NCBI GenBank assembly: GCA_031285625.1
Contig: JAITVV010000063.1
Location: 86,443 to 150,442, forward strand
DNA: 64,000 nucleotides
From: Prevotella sp.
Lineage (GTDB): Bacteria > Bacteroidota > Bacteroidia > Bacteroidales > Dysgonomonadaceae
Direction of reading: 5' to 3'
The position numbers were made by a program, and so were the translations under genes. Below the pieces are notes generated by a model. That model ran no database searches and was not told where the DNA came from. It worked only from the letters and a program-made list of their open reading frames with translations. Below, piece by piece: positions 20,484-31,287 of this stretch; the stretch's first letter is position 1; every line of letters begins with the position of its first letter.

Positions 20484-22634
20484 TTATTCTTTTTCTTTTA
20501 CTTCAATATCTATTGGTTCACTTATTCTAGCAATGCCATCAGCACCAACAGTACCTGTTAGTGTAAGCTCTTTAATACCTTTTTTTACATCTTTTCCATT
20601 CTTTTCTTTAATTTTGATCGAGATTGTTTCATTCTCTTCATAATTTCGAGTTTGTACGATAACATTTATTCTATCACCAATAGATGCCTTAGATATTTTT
20701 TTTGTCATATCTTCATTCATCCACTTGATGTCAATAATTTGTTTTTCTTTATCATAAATAAATTCACCTTTTTCCGGAACTTCATTAATATCAGGAGCCT
20801 TTTGCTCTATTTTACTCATAGCGGTAATAAGGGAATTTCCTCCATACATATGCATTTGCTTCTTAGCCCCGAATTCAGTATTGCCATCCGTATACCCTAT
20901 AAGTTGCTTCTTTCCATAAAGATCAAGCTCTCTATTGGATGATATTTCTATATTTCCTCCGCTGGCAACAATTGTTTTTCGTCTGCTGTCCTGACTAGTA
21001 TCCCGGCCTGCTACAATCGAAACATCCCGGCCTATTTTGGTTATGGTATCTCTACCGACGTTCGTTTTTATGTCTTCTTCAATCTCGAATTCTAAGTTTT
21101 TAGATTTTACTCTTATCGTTTCCGGAGCTGTAATTTCAATATTCTTACCTTTAGAATCAAGGTGTATTACATTCCCGTTCTTATCTTTAATAGTAATACT
21201 TAGAGTGTCGTCGGCATCATCGAGACGAATGGTATGGCCGCTACGGGTTATAATACTTTTCAGATGATTTTCTTTCAATCCTCCTCGGGCAAATGACTTA
21301 GGAAACATACTTCCTGACACATAAGGCCTTGACGGATCAGAATTGATAAAATTGACCATAACTTCATCTCCAATTTCGGGAATGAATATAAATCCACGCC
21401 CTGCACCTGAATCACCACCTGCATCGGGTGTCTGCACCCGTATCCAGTTAGTAGTCTTTTCCAGAATCTGCTGCCACTGAAACTGTACACGTACTCGTCC
21501 CATCCCCTGAGGATCGGCATTATCCACCACTACTGCACGTTGAGAGTTGACAGACGGAGTCTGTATATGATAAACAGGTATTTGTTCCAGATCTGCACGT
21601 ATTCCGGAAAAACTATTTCCATAGGTGCCTTCCTGATTAATAGTATGAGTAACCTGCGTTACTAAAAAGTTTCCTGAAGTAGTATCCACTTTCATTCCCT
21701 TGGGATATGCTACATTGATGACCTTTCCAATTCCTATTTTGCAGGTATGGCTTGTGCATTTTAGTACCAGCATTTCAGCAATATCTCTTGAGCGCTCCAG
21801 ATCGAGCATTTCCATCATTGTCCCTTGCATGTCTACTATACCATCATAAGGACGATTGCTCTCCATATTGAATAGTATATCTGACTTTTCTGATACAATT
21901 TTCTGATATCCGGAAACTTTAGGGCGTAATGAGTCTGTGCCTGCTATCCATTCCTGATCATTTTCCACAGAATAATCGTATTGCTGAGATTTCGCCGATT
22001 TGAGATTTGCCTCCAATTGCATTGAGGTTATATCTACATCATAAATAACAGGTATAGCATCGCTTAGCATCGGCAGCCCAAAATAAATATTTGAGCCATT
22101 ATCGGAATAAAAAGCCTCACCATAAAGTCCACTCAGGCGATTAAGGAAATCAAAGCAAGTTTCGTTCCACATCGACAGATATCCTATCGGGCGATTATAT
22201 TTAGGTTTGCTTATAATATTAGCTCCGTTTCCGGTGTTATCTACAACTTGCGATACTATATTCTCTAATATCTGGTCACTAAAAGAATTGACAGCTGACT
22301 TACCATCCAGTTTGATAGTTTCACTTATTCCCTGAAAAAGAATATTGTTTTGTTGTCCATGCTTACCAAGGAAAGTAACATTGTTAATTATTCCGAAAAA
22401 TGTATTTGTTTCGCCTGTCTATCTGTGACGGAATTCGATCATTATTGACTCTCCGATTTTTTTCAGTATTCCTACCGGATCACCCATCCACCCGCTTTTA
22501 TCCAACTCCTCATAGTCAATTAACACATTACATGTATGATGTTGATTAAAGCCCTGATTAAGTTCAAGCGTGACAAAATGAACGATATTTCCGGCCACAG
22601 TGACTGTTGCTTCTACCGTATTTAAATAGAACAT
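20484..22634 (-). pseudogene. vgrG: VgrG (TssI) spike protein, 716 residue positions, with one in-frame TAG at 22419-22421
   Basis: ORFs 22419-22634 and 20484-22172 are in the same frame and the 82 codons between them have no stop. Motifs ETCFDFLNRL, DNADPQGMGRVRVQFQW, WIRVQTPDAG, FIPEIGDEVMVNF...DPSRPYV, TRSGHTIRLDD (gp5 OB-fold). Confidence 0.88.
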
Positions 22635-22921
22635 TAATTATGTAGTTTTTAAGTGTTAAGTTATAAAATTCCTTCCCTATAATGAGATAAATTTTGCGTC
22701 GCAATATAGCAATTTTCTCACTAAACATGCACATTTTTATCTTCTTTATTTTCAGTTTTTCCAATTTTTTACTCTTACTATTACGGTTTTAAAATAAAAG
22801 CTCCTAATAATTTTTAGAATTATCTTTTACAAAAGATCAACATTGTTAATAAATATTAATACATTTGAAGGATGAAGTGTTATATCTATATTTTTTTGTT
22901 AGCCTAAAAAATCAATTTATC

Positions 22922-24625
22922 ATGTTTAAGCAACTATTACTTATTCTTTGCTTTATTTGTATATACTCCAGCTGCACAAAAGAAAATCATATTTATGAAG
23001 AGTTCGCCCCTCCTACTTTTGAGATTCTATCTTGCGAAATTCTATCAGCTGATGAATGTATTATAGAAGTAGAGGTTAATTGTGGTGTAGGAGCAAAATT
23101 ACATTCTATAAATATCGAATTAAATGATATTACAGACAATACAAATGAGGCTATTCATAAATCTTTTTCTTTGAATGAGGAAGAGAACCAAATAGTTAAA
23201 GCTCAGATAAGAGTACCTAATGAAAAGCATGATTACAGGACACTTGTAACATTAAAATCTACAAAAAATGTCTATGATAGTAATCCTTTTTTTCTTCGCT
23301 TTTCAGAAGAATTTAGCCAAGATGGCATAAAATATATTTATTTTAGTCCTTCTGGTTTTCATGTTGACTATGTAGATGGTGTAGAAAAAATAGCATTAAA
23401 CTTAAAAAAAGGACAACAATTCTACTTTATGGTAGAATACAGCAAACTTATCTTAAAAGAAAACAGTATACAAGTTAAGCTGAATGGAAAACATCAACTC
23501 GAAGTGGATCCTCATTCTTATGGAATCTCATACGATGGAGAAATAGGTATTCATTGTACCTTGCCCAATGACATAGCCCCCGGAGTATACGATGTACATG
23601 TCTATATAAATGATTTGGAATACATTTTAGATTATAAAATTAAGATTTTACGAGGTAGTAGTGAGATATTATATATTGATTCAAGACCCGGAAAAGATGG
23701 ATATCTAGGTATAATTGCAAACTACTTCACTATAGATAATAAAGCATATTTTATACATGATGGAGGGGGATATTGGTATGTCCTCTGCTTCGATCTTAAA
23801 ACAATGAAGTGGGAAAAGAAAAAGAATATAACGATTGCTAGTCCGTATCAAAATTCTTATGTATCAAAAGAGAGAATTAAAGCTAAGAATAAAAACTATT
23901 TCCTTTTCGGTATGTATAAGACGGATCCTTTTGATGAAATATCTAGATATGAATCAATTGCAATATGGGAATACAAAGATACAAATGATTCTTGGTCTCA
24001 ATTATCAACATATCCTGGATTAGGAAATAGGGATTTTACCTCTTTTACTATTGATAATAAGGTATATATTGGGGGAGGTCTGAAAGATATTTATAATGAT
24101 AAAAAATCTTTGACAGAGGTAGAAAGTGTGACTGATTTCTGGGAGTATAATATCGTGACTAAAGAATGGAAAAGAATTAAAGATTTACCATATAGTGCAT
24201 TTCCTTATTATGATTATATTAACTCTACTACGACATCAGATGATAAGAATGCCTTTGTTTTTACTACAACCAGGCAATTATGGAAGTACGACACCGCCAA
24301 TGATAATTGGATGGAATTAACACCTTTAAAGCAAGGTCCATATACGCGCACTCATGGCAAGCTTTTGTATAAAAAAAATAAGTTATATCTTACAGGTACT
24401 TATGTAAATAGTATTGTTGGCTACTCTCCAGATGTATGGGAGTATGACTTAACATCAAATAAGTGGGAATTATTTGATGTTCAAGAATATTATTTCGACC
24501 AACCGTATGGCAGTGTTGGAGCTGGAATTCCGGCATTTATCTATGAAGATATTTTATACCTAGGATGCGGGACTCTACCATATGCTTATGAAAAAGATTT
24601 ATTTTATAAAGTAAATATTAAATGA
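22922..24625 (+). CDS. Lipoprotein with C-terminal Kelch-repeat beta-propeller
   Basis: Lipobox IYSSC from start MFKQLL; repeats F-x-IDNKxYxxGG, WEY...W. Confidence 0.75.
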   Translation: MFKQLLLILCFICIYSSCTKENHIYEEFAPPTFEILSCEILSADECIIEVEVNCGVGAKLHSINIELNDITDNTNEAIHKSFSLNEEENQIVKAQIRVPNEKHDYRTLVTLKSTKNVYDSNPFFLRFSEEFSQDGIKYIYFSPSGFHVDYVDGVEKIALNLKKGQQFYFMVEYSKLILKENSIQVKLNGKHQLEVDPHSYGISYDGEIGIHCTLPNDIAPGVYDVHVYINDLEYILDYKIKILRGSSEILYIDSRPGKDGYLGIIANYFTIDNKAYFIHDGGGYWYVLCFDLKTMKWEKKKNITIASPYQNSYVSKERIKAKNKNYFLFGMYKTDPFDEISRYESIAIWEYKDTNDSWSQLSTYPGLGNRDFTSFTIDNKVYIGGGLKDIYNDKKSLTEVESVTDFWEYNIVTKEWKRIKDLPYSAFPYYDYINSTTTSDDKNAFVFTTTRQLWKYDTANDNWMELTPLKQGPYTRTHGKLLYKKNKLYLTGTYVNSIVGYSPDVWEYDLTSNKWELFDVQEYYFDQPYGSVGAGIPAFIYEDILYLGCGTLPYAYEKDLFYKVNIK

Positions 24626-24628
24626 ATT

Positions 24629-26137
24629 ATGAAGTTAGGTATTCAATACTATATTAGCTTATTTTTATTATTACTAGTTTTATGTCCATCATGTAGCAAT
24701 GAAGATATTCTTGTGCCGGCAGAAGAGCCTATAATTGAAGAAGGAGGAGACGAGACTATTATTATTGGAGATATTGATGTATCGATAGAAGAAATAAAAG
24801 ATATTGATTTGTTTCTAAAATGGTATCCTGTGAATAATGTAACTTCTTATGAAATTGTAATTAATGACACCATGACGATCAAAGATGGGATTGTTATGGA
24901 AGATTATTTGGATTATTACTATTTCAGGCTAGCAAATCTAACACCGAATACAACCTATAAAATTACTCTTCGTGCAATTAGTAAAGACTTAAATGTAAAA
25001 ACATCAATAATACAGACCAAAACAAAAAAGAGTTTCGTAGACCAGATAATAACTATTCCTGTAGATTTTCAAGAATATGACCCTGATATATGGTCTCCAT
25101 TTTATAAGTATATCAATACTTCAGACGGAGGGGCTGCTATTGCGGGAAGTTTAAGTAAACATGGAAAAACATATACTGTCTTGATTAAACTCACGAGCTC
25201 GTATAATATAGAATGGATATGTCATATGGAAGGAAGCCCCAGATTTACACCTCATGAACCAACAATGGATTTAATTGAATGTTTCGATAAAGGATTTATA
25301 GTTGTAAATAACTTGAATGTTTATAAAATTAACAATAAAGGTAGTACCTCTTGGCAAATATCTGAATTCAGTAATGATTATGAGGGGTTGTCTTCTGTTG
25401 TTGAATTACCCGATAAGAGTATTTTACTTATTGGCCGATCTTCTAAAAATTGGGGGCAATTGAACATTGGAATTGAAGGACTTATGGTAAAATTAAATCC
25501 ACAAGGAATCCTTGTTTGGAAAAAATATTATCATTCTTCAATTGAAAACTTTTTTGAAAAAATAATACTTAAACCTGATGGAAATTTATTTATTGCAGGA
25601 ACTAAAGATATAAACAATGCTAATTATGAAACGCTCAGCGACATAAGAAAGGCTATTTGTGTTATTGAAATAAATCAGAACGGAGATATTATAAGAGAAT
25701 TAGTTTATAAGTATCAAAACATTCCTTATGATGAGTATGCTTCTTTAAACAACCTCATTTCACACGATGGCTATTATTATATTATCGGAAGGTCACATTC
25801 CAGTTTCGATAAAACGTTTTTAACAAAAATAGATACTAAAGGAAATATAATTTGGCAGAAAAGAGGAGATGATGATGGAGAATATTCTTCAAATATAAGT
25901 TTGTCAGGAATGGGAAACAAAACCCTATTCATATATTCTTTTATACATTCACAAGTATCCATATTAAAGGAAATAGATCTGAATGGTAATACAATAAAAG
26001 AAGTTGAATTCCGAAAATTCCCTAGTGGATATCCTAATGGAATATATTGTGGACAGGATAAAAAAGGGAGATTTATTTATGTTACTGATGGAGGACAAAT
26101 TCTATTTATCAATTTAGACGGATACAGATACGAATAA
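24629..26137 (+). CDS. Lipoprotein with FN3 domain and beta-propeller repeats
   Basis: Lipobox CPSC; LANLTPNTTYKITLRA FN3 motif; repeated KL/ID-xx-G-xx-W units. Confidence 0.72.
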   Translation: MKLGIQYYISLFLLLLVLCPSCSNEDILVPAEEPIIEEGGDETIIIGDIDVSIEEIKDIDLFLKWYPVNNVTSYEIVINDTMTIKDGIVMEDYLDYYYFRLANLTPNTTYKITLRAISKDLNVKTSIIQTKTKKSFVDQIITIPVDFQEYDPDIWSPFYKYINTSDGGAAIAGSLSKHGKTYTVLIKLTSSYNIEWICHMEGSPRFTPHEPTMDLIECFDKGFIVVNNLNVYKINNKGSTSWQISEFSNDYEGLSSVVELPDKSILLIGRSSKNWGQLNIGIEGLMVKLNPQGILVWKKYYHSSIENFFEKIILKPDGNLFIAGTKDINNANYETLSDIRKAICVIEINQNGDIIRELVYKYQNIPYDEYASLNNLISHDGYYYIIGRSHSSFDKTFLTKIDTKGNIIWQKRGDDDGEYSSNISLSGMGNKTLFIYSFIHSQVSILKEIDLNGNTIKEVEFRKFPSGYPNGIYCGQDKKGRFIYVTDGGQILFINLDGYRYE

Positions 26138-26224
26138 TAAAGAACCCATTTCTCCGAATCAGATGTTTCTTTAAAAATCTACTAATCCAAATCTATTCCA
26201 GTCCCTATTCTAACCCCAAATAAA

Positions 26225-26260
26225 AAACGACTGAAAATCATTATTGATAATCAGTCGTTT
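26225..26260 (-). terminator. Hairpin downstream of tRNA-Gln
   Basis: AAACGACTGA...TCAGTCGTTT inverted repeat between the convergent CDS and tRNA. Confidence 0.65.
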
Positions 26261-26274
26261 AATTAAATATTTTG

Positions 26275-26345
26275 TTGTCTCATTAGGATTCGAACCTAAA
26301 CAGGCAGTGCCAGAAACTGCAGTGCTACCGTTACACCATGAGACA
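26275..26345 (-). tRNA. tRNA-Gln (anticodon CTG)
   Basis: TGTCTCA TGGTGTAACGGTAGCACT GCAGT-TTCTGGC-ACTGC CTGT TTAGGTTCGAATCCTAA TGAGACA A; 71 nt; acceptor, anticodon and T stems pair. Confidence 0.95.
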
Positions 26346-26381
26346 ATATTGTTTGCTACCGCAAAGTAACAAACAATATTT

Positions 26382-27674
26382 CTATTTCGCAATCAACAAA
26401 AAGTAATTTTTCTTTCCTTTTTGCGCTATTATATATTTTCCTGCTATCAGATGAGACGTACTAATCACATCATCAAAGTTTTCCAACTTTTCTTTGTTAA
26501 TCATTACACCACCTGCCTGAACAGTCTTACGCATTTCTCCTTTTGAAGGGAAAGCAGTAGTTTTCTCAGCTAACAGGTCTACAGCTTTTATTCCTTCCGA
26601 AAGTTCATCTTTGGAAATATCAAAGGTAGGTACACCTTCAAATACCTGTAAGAATGTTTCCTCATCAAGTTTTTTTAGTGTATCGGCTGTTGCATTACCA
26701 AAAAGAATATTTGAGGCTTCTACAGCCTGATTATAATCTTCTTCGGAATGAACCATTACTGTTACTTCTTTTGCCAAACGTTTCTGTAACGGACGAAGGT
26801 GTGGAGCAGCTTTTTGTTCTGCAACCAAAGCTTCAATTTCCTCTTTGCTGAGAGCTGTAAATATCTTAATATACTTTTCAGCATCCTCATCGCTTACGTT
26901 CAACCAGAACTGGTAGAATTTATATGGAGAAGTATATTTTCTTTCCAACCATACATTTCCCGATTCAGTTTTTCCAAATTTAGTTCCGTCTGCTTTTGTT
27001 ATCAGTGGACATACCAAGGCAAAAGCTTCACCTCCTGTTTTGCGACGGATAAGCTCAGTACCTGTAGTTATATTTCCCCACTGGTCCGAGCCGCCCATCT
27101 GTATACGGCAACCCAACGACTGATATAGGTGAAGATAATCATATGCCTGCATCAACTGGTAGGAAAACTCAGTAAACGACATACCTTCCGCAGCCTCTCC
27201 GCTAAGACGTTTCTTAACAGAATCTTTGGCCATCATATAGTTTACTGTAATATGTTTTCCTATGTCACGGATAAAGCTCAAAAACGAGTAGTCCTTCATC
27301 CAGTCATAGTTGTTTACCAACAATGCCGCATTGGGCTTGTCAGACTCGAAATCGAGAAACTTTGCAAGTTGTTTCTTTATCGATTCCTGATTGTGGCGAA
27401 GAGTAGGTTCATCCAACAGATTACGTTCGGCAGACTTCATAGAAGGGTCACCGATCATACCTGTTGCGCCACCGACAAGGGCAATCGGACGATGTCCTGC
27501 ACGCTGAAAATGCTTCAATATCATTACACTGACAAGATGCCCGATGTGTAATGAGTCGGCAGTAGGATCGATACCTACATAGCCGGAAGTCAATTCCTTT
27601 TGCAGTTGTTCTTCCGTACCTGGCATGATTTCTTGTATCATGCCTCTCCATCTTAATTCTTCAACAAAATTCAT
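26382..27674 (-). CDS. tyrS: Tyrosine--tRNA ligase
   Basis: [24 protein letters not shown]; C-terminal S4 domain. Confidence 0.98.
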   Translation of the reverse strand: MNFVEELRWRGMIQEIMPGTEEQLQKELTSGYVGIDPTADSLHIGHLVSVMILKHFQRAGHRPIALVGGATGMIGDPSMKSAERNLLDEPTLRHNQESIKKQLAKFLDFESDKPNAALLVNNYDWMKDYSFLSFIRDIGKHITVNYMMAKDSVKKRLSGEAAEGMSFTEFSYQLMQAYDYLHLYQSLGCRIQMGGSDQWGNITTGTELIRRKTGGEAFALVCPLITKADGTKFGKTESGNVWLERKYTSPYKFYQFWLNVSDEDAEKYIKIFTALSKEEIEALVAEQKAAPHLRPLQKRLAKEVTVMVHSEEDYNQAVEASNILFGNATADTLKKLDEETFLQVFEGVPTFDISKDELSEGIKAVDLLAEKTTAFPSKGEMRKTVQAGGVMINKEKLENFDDVISTSHLIAGKYIIAQKGKKNYFLLIAK

Positions 27675-28023
27675 CGAATTAGGTTTATTAATACTATGTT
27701 ACTAATTTTAGTTAGTGTGCAAAAGTACGACCTTATTTCGGAATAGAAAAAAAGTTATATAAAAATGTTTGATATACTGCCAGTTATTTTTCTATTGCCT
27801 GAGGCTTTGATTATTTCTGCATTCTTAGACAAAACTATCCATTAGTCTACATTTGAGCAAAATTGAAATTATGCTTTCTTTAAATTCTACATGCGTAGAC
27901 ATTAATTTCTTTTCCTGTATCGAAAGGTGGAAATTTACAGCAGATTTGTTTTTTACATCATTTCCGAATGATTTTACTTTGTTTATGAAACATAAATTAT
28001 CAAAGTTAATTAATAATTCAGGG

Positions 28024-29151
28024 ATGAAAAAACAAGGATTAATAATCATATTTCTAATATTTTTTATGCCGGCTGTATCTGGGCAAGTAACTATAGGTTC
28101 AGGCAAACCTCCTGAAAAAGCAGCCTTGTTACAGCTAAAAACACAGGAGGCAGCGACAGAAGGTGGTGCTACAACAGGTGAAAATGGAGGAGGCCTCTTA
28201 CTGCCTCGTGTAGAGTTAAATAACCAAACGGATTTGACCCCGTTTATATCACAGGGGGAAATGAATGATGAAGTATATTCTAATCTAAAACTAAGGCACA
28301 GAGGGCTTATCGTTTATAACCTTTCTGCAAATAATAGCTTTACACCAGGTATTTATAATTGGGATGGACAGAGATGGCAAGCAATATATACAAAAGATGG
28401 TTCTGTAGAAAAGAATGTCTGGTTATTAAAGGGGAATAACAACACTAATCCTGATAATAATTTCTTAGGAACTATTGACAACAAAGACCTGTCTATAAGA
28501 ACACAAGGCATTGAGAGGATGCGGATAACTAAAGATGGAAAAATAGGTATAAAAACAGTTCAAGACCCGGTAACAGATCTTGAAGTAAACGGTACTACCC
28601 AGTTAAATAGTACCTTATACCTAAAAAATGCTCCTGCTGCACCTACTGAGGATGTAGCCCAACTTGTAGTGGATGATAAAGGAAAAGTATACTCAATATC
28701 TTCTTCGACAGGTAATACTAAGATGCTTAATTATATCAAATATACTTTTACAAATCTGGCAGATAAAACATCTCCGGTGAAAGGAAATGGAATCGCTTGC
28801 GACTTTAATACAATGATCCCTACAAGTGATTATACTCTGGTTGTTGTAGGATCTTCTTTTAAGACTGATCATCAGCAAAATGGGTTAAAAGTTACATCAG
28901 GAATTGGCACATATACATCACAATCTGTATACGCAGATAAACGAAAAACCATAATAGATGGATCCGAAATCGAACACTGGACAATTCAGGCCAATTATCT
29001 GGGAGGAGAGACAGCGAGCGGTAATGGAGGCGAATGGACTATATATTGTTTAGCTATCAATAATTCCTCAGTAAAGACATTACCTACTATTTACTTTAAC
29101 ATGGGAAGTTCTTCAACAGGAGAGGCTAATGCAAAGCCCGAAGGGTTATAG
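28024..29151 (+). CDS. Secreted hypothetical fibre-like protein, paralog 1
   Basis: Signal peptide from MKKQGL (28024); QVTIG...ALLQLK...GGLLLPRV, WDGQRW, FLGTIDNKDLSIRT..IERMRITKDGKIGI; ends PEGL. Confidence 0.7.
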   Translation: MKKQGLIIIFLIFFMPAVSGQVTIGSGKPPEKAALLQLKTQEAATEGGATTGENGGGLLLPRVELNNQTDLTPFISQGEMNDEVYSNLKLRHRGLIVYNLSANNSFTPGIYNWDGQRWQAIYTKDGSVEKNVWLLKGNNNTNPDNNFLGTIDNKDLSIRTQGIERMRITKDGKIGIKTVQDPVTDLEVNGTTQLNSTLYLKNAPAAPTEDVAQLVVDDKGKVYSISSSTGNTKMLNYIKYTFTNLADKTSPVKGNGIACDFNTMIPTSDYTLVVVGSSFKTDHQQNGLKVTSGIGTYTSQSVYADKRKTIIDGSEIEHWTIQANYLGGETASGNGGEWTIYCLAINNSSVKTLPTIYFNMGSSSTGEANAKPEGL

Positions 29152-29187
29152 GCATAAATATCATATAGAACCTGAAAAAAGAAAATT

Positions 29188-30306
29188 ATGAGGCAAGTAC
29201 TTATAGCGTTTATGTTTAGTATAGCATTCGCAAATATAAAAGGTCAGGTAACAATTGGATTGGATACTCCTGCAAAACAAGCAGCTTTGCTGCAATTGAA
29301 AACACTAGATGTGTTGACAACTGGCGGAGTGACAACCGGCATAGACGGCGGAGGGCTTTTACTCCCACGGGTAATGCTAAAGGATAGAAATACTCTCGAA
29401 CCTTTTATCGAAAAAGATGATTCAGATAATGAAGAGTATATAAAAACTAAAAAAAAATATACTGGAATGGTTGTATATAATCTTACAGATCTTGCAGATC
29501 TAAAATTAGGAGTTTGTCTATGGGATGGGGAGAAATGGAATAATATATATGATACAAAGGTTTTAGCCTCTGATAGCTGGATGCTTGAAGGAAATGAGTT
29601 AATGGAAGACGAAGACAGCTTTATTGGAACAACTGATAACCAGAAAGTATCCTTTAGAACAAGTAACATGGAAAGGATACATATAACAGGAGATGGTAAA
29701 ATCGGACTGAAAACTGGAGATATACCTAAGGAAACATTGGAGGTAAACGGGCAAACTACGCTCAATGATATCCTTATTCTTAAAAATCTGGAAAAAGCTC
29801 CGAATGAAGTAGCTCAGCTTGTAGTGGATAAGGACGACAGGGTATGCGAGGTTATTTCATCTACAGGAAATGTAACGGGAATTAACGACCTGACCTATAT
29901 CTTCAGCAATTTACAAACAGGGGACTGGGTTGGTCAATTTAACACCAAAATACCCACTAAAGAATATACACTGGTGGTTGTAGGCTATTCCTTCCTATCA
30001 AATGCTTCCTATCCTACCGATGGATTAAGTGTTGGGCGAGTCAATAAAGATTACTCTGGAACTTTCGTTCCCATGGAAGTTTATGCAACAATGAACCGGG
30101 GAGGAATTCAATCCGATCACTGGTTGCTTACAGCAGACTATGTCGGGGGAAGTACATATGTAAGAGAAAATAAGTACCCTTCCGGAACCTGGATCATTCA
30201 CTGTCATATTATTAATAATTCTTTGGTAAACACACTGGACAACCAGTCCTTTAATCTCAATGGTAATGTCAACGGAAGCGCTACTCAGATACCAGAAGGG
30301 CTCTAG
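29188..30306 (+). CDS. Secreted hypothetical fibre-like protein, paralog 2
   Basis: Same motif order as 28024-29151 over the full length; ends PEGL. Confidence 0.7.
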   Translation: MRQVLIAFMFSIAFANIKGQVTIGLDTPAKQAALLQLKTLDVLTTGGVTTGIDGGGLLLPRVMLKDRNTLEPFIEKDDSDNEEYIKTKKKYTGMVVYNLTDLADLKLGVCLWDGEKWNNIYDTKVLASDSWMLEGNELMEDEDSFIGTTDNQKVSFRTSNMERIHITGDGKIGLKTGDIPKETLEVNGQTTLNDILILKNLEKAPNEVAQLVVDKDDRVCEVISSTGNVTGINDLTYIFSNLQTGDWVGQFNTKIPTKEYTLVVVGYSFLSNASYPTDGLSVGRVNKDYSGTFVPMEVYATMNRGGIQSDHWLLTADYVGGSTYVRENKYPSGTWIIHCHIINNSLVNTLDNQSFNLNGNVNGSATQIPEGL

Positions 30307-31287
30307 TTAAAACATTGTTTCTATTAGTTCAGCATGCTTCTTTAAATAAGAGGCTTGAACCAATTCATTCGATTTAGTCATCAGTTCGGCATACTTTTTT
30401 AGTGATTCCAGCCATATTTTATGCAAATCGGTTGCTTGTTTGGTCTTGTTGTAAAAAGAAATTACCGAATTGAACCAATAATGGGATTCTGCATGATTAT
30501 CATACCACACATAACAGCTGTTGTTATCAATTGGTACAGATGAAAGATAATAAGAATAAGAATAAGAAATAGAATGTCCCTCCTGCCATGTTCCTTTTCT
30601 TATTAGTATCTCTATTCCATCCTGTATACTTCTAAGTTCATTTTTTAACAATGCTAATTCTTTGTCATCTATTAAACCTCTGGAACAATAATATTGGATA
30701 TCAGATAAAGTATTGTAGAATGTATTTGGATCTAGAATAAAAGTAATATTTTTATGACGTCCGGCATAGGGTAGAATCTTATTACGCAGTGTAGCTACTT
30801 CCGGAGGCAAAACTATTTCAGAAAAAGACAGATTGACAGATGTATCATTAATTTGGTGTACCCATTTATAATAATAGAAACGAAATAAATTTTCGAAGCT
30901 AACAGTAAAAATATCCGGAAGGCGATTTAGTGCAATTATTGTATACGAATCTTTTGCCTGACATTGCCGGCTTATCGATTCATAAAAGGTTTCAAACATT
31001 GCAACAAAGGTCTCATTCGGTTCATAGGCCTTTAATGATTTTTGTCTGTAAAGGATATAATCATTATTCTTTTGTGCAACTAACTCATCTATCGAAAAAC
31101 CTAACTCCAATGACAAATGCATTATCTGTTCGATTGTAAATGCAACATCTCCCCTGATCCTTCGGTATGCGGATTCTTTACAGAGTCCGAGCTTATCCAT
31201 CAAAAATTCAGCCAATTTCATATTGGGAGGTATGGAATCTATTATTTTTTGAATAATGATGGCATTTATATTCTTCATATTGGGCAA
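30307..31287 (-). CDS. Putative transcriptional regulator: N-terminal XRE-like HTH plus uncharacterised C-terminal domain
   Basis: LMDKLGLCKESAYRRIRGDVAFTIEQIMHLSLELGFSIDEL helix-turn-helix pattern. Confidence 0.7.
   Translation of the reverse strand: MPNMKNINAIIIQKIIDSIPPNMKLAEFLMDKLGLCKESAYRRIRGDVAFTIEQIMHLSLELGFSIDELVAQKNNDYILYRQKSLKAYEPNETFVAMFETFYESISRQCQAKDSYTIIALNRLPDIFTVSFENLFRFYYYKWVHQINDTSVNLSFSEIVLPPEVATLRNKILPYAGRHKNITFILDPNTFYNTLSDIQYYCSRGLIDDKELALLKNELRSIQDGIEILIRKGTWQEGHSISYSYSYYLSSVPIDNNSCYVWYDNHAESHYWFNSVISFYNKTKQATDLHKIWLESLKKYAELMTKSNELVQASYLKKHAELIETMF

Noticed and set aside
22419-22421. Genome-wide TAG recoding or an amber suppressor tRNA
   Set aside because: rhaD, tyrS, both fibre genes and fecR end normally at TAG, and the tRNA anticodon is CTG, not CTA
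26210-26392. 60-aa ORF
   Set aside because: It is a translation of the tRNA-Gln gene and its terminator
27853-28023. Long N-terminal extensions given by the ORF track (also at 9521, 10558, 14352, 22865, 37346, 42097, 59885)
   Set aside because: Downstream ATGs give proper signal peptides or family-typical N-termini, so starts were adjusted
28024-30306. Fibre-like proteins as tail fibres of the nearby VgrG module
   Set aside because: They carry Sec-type signal peptides and are separated from vgrG by tRNA-Gln and tyrS; no direct link is visible
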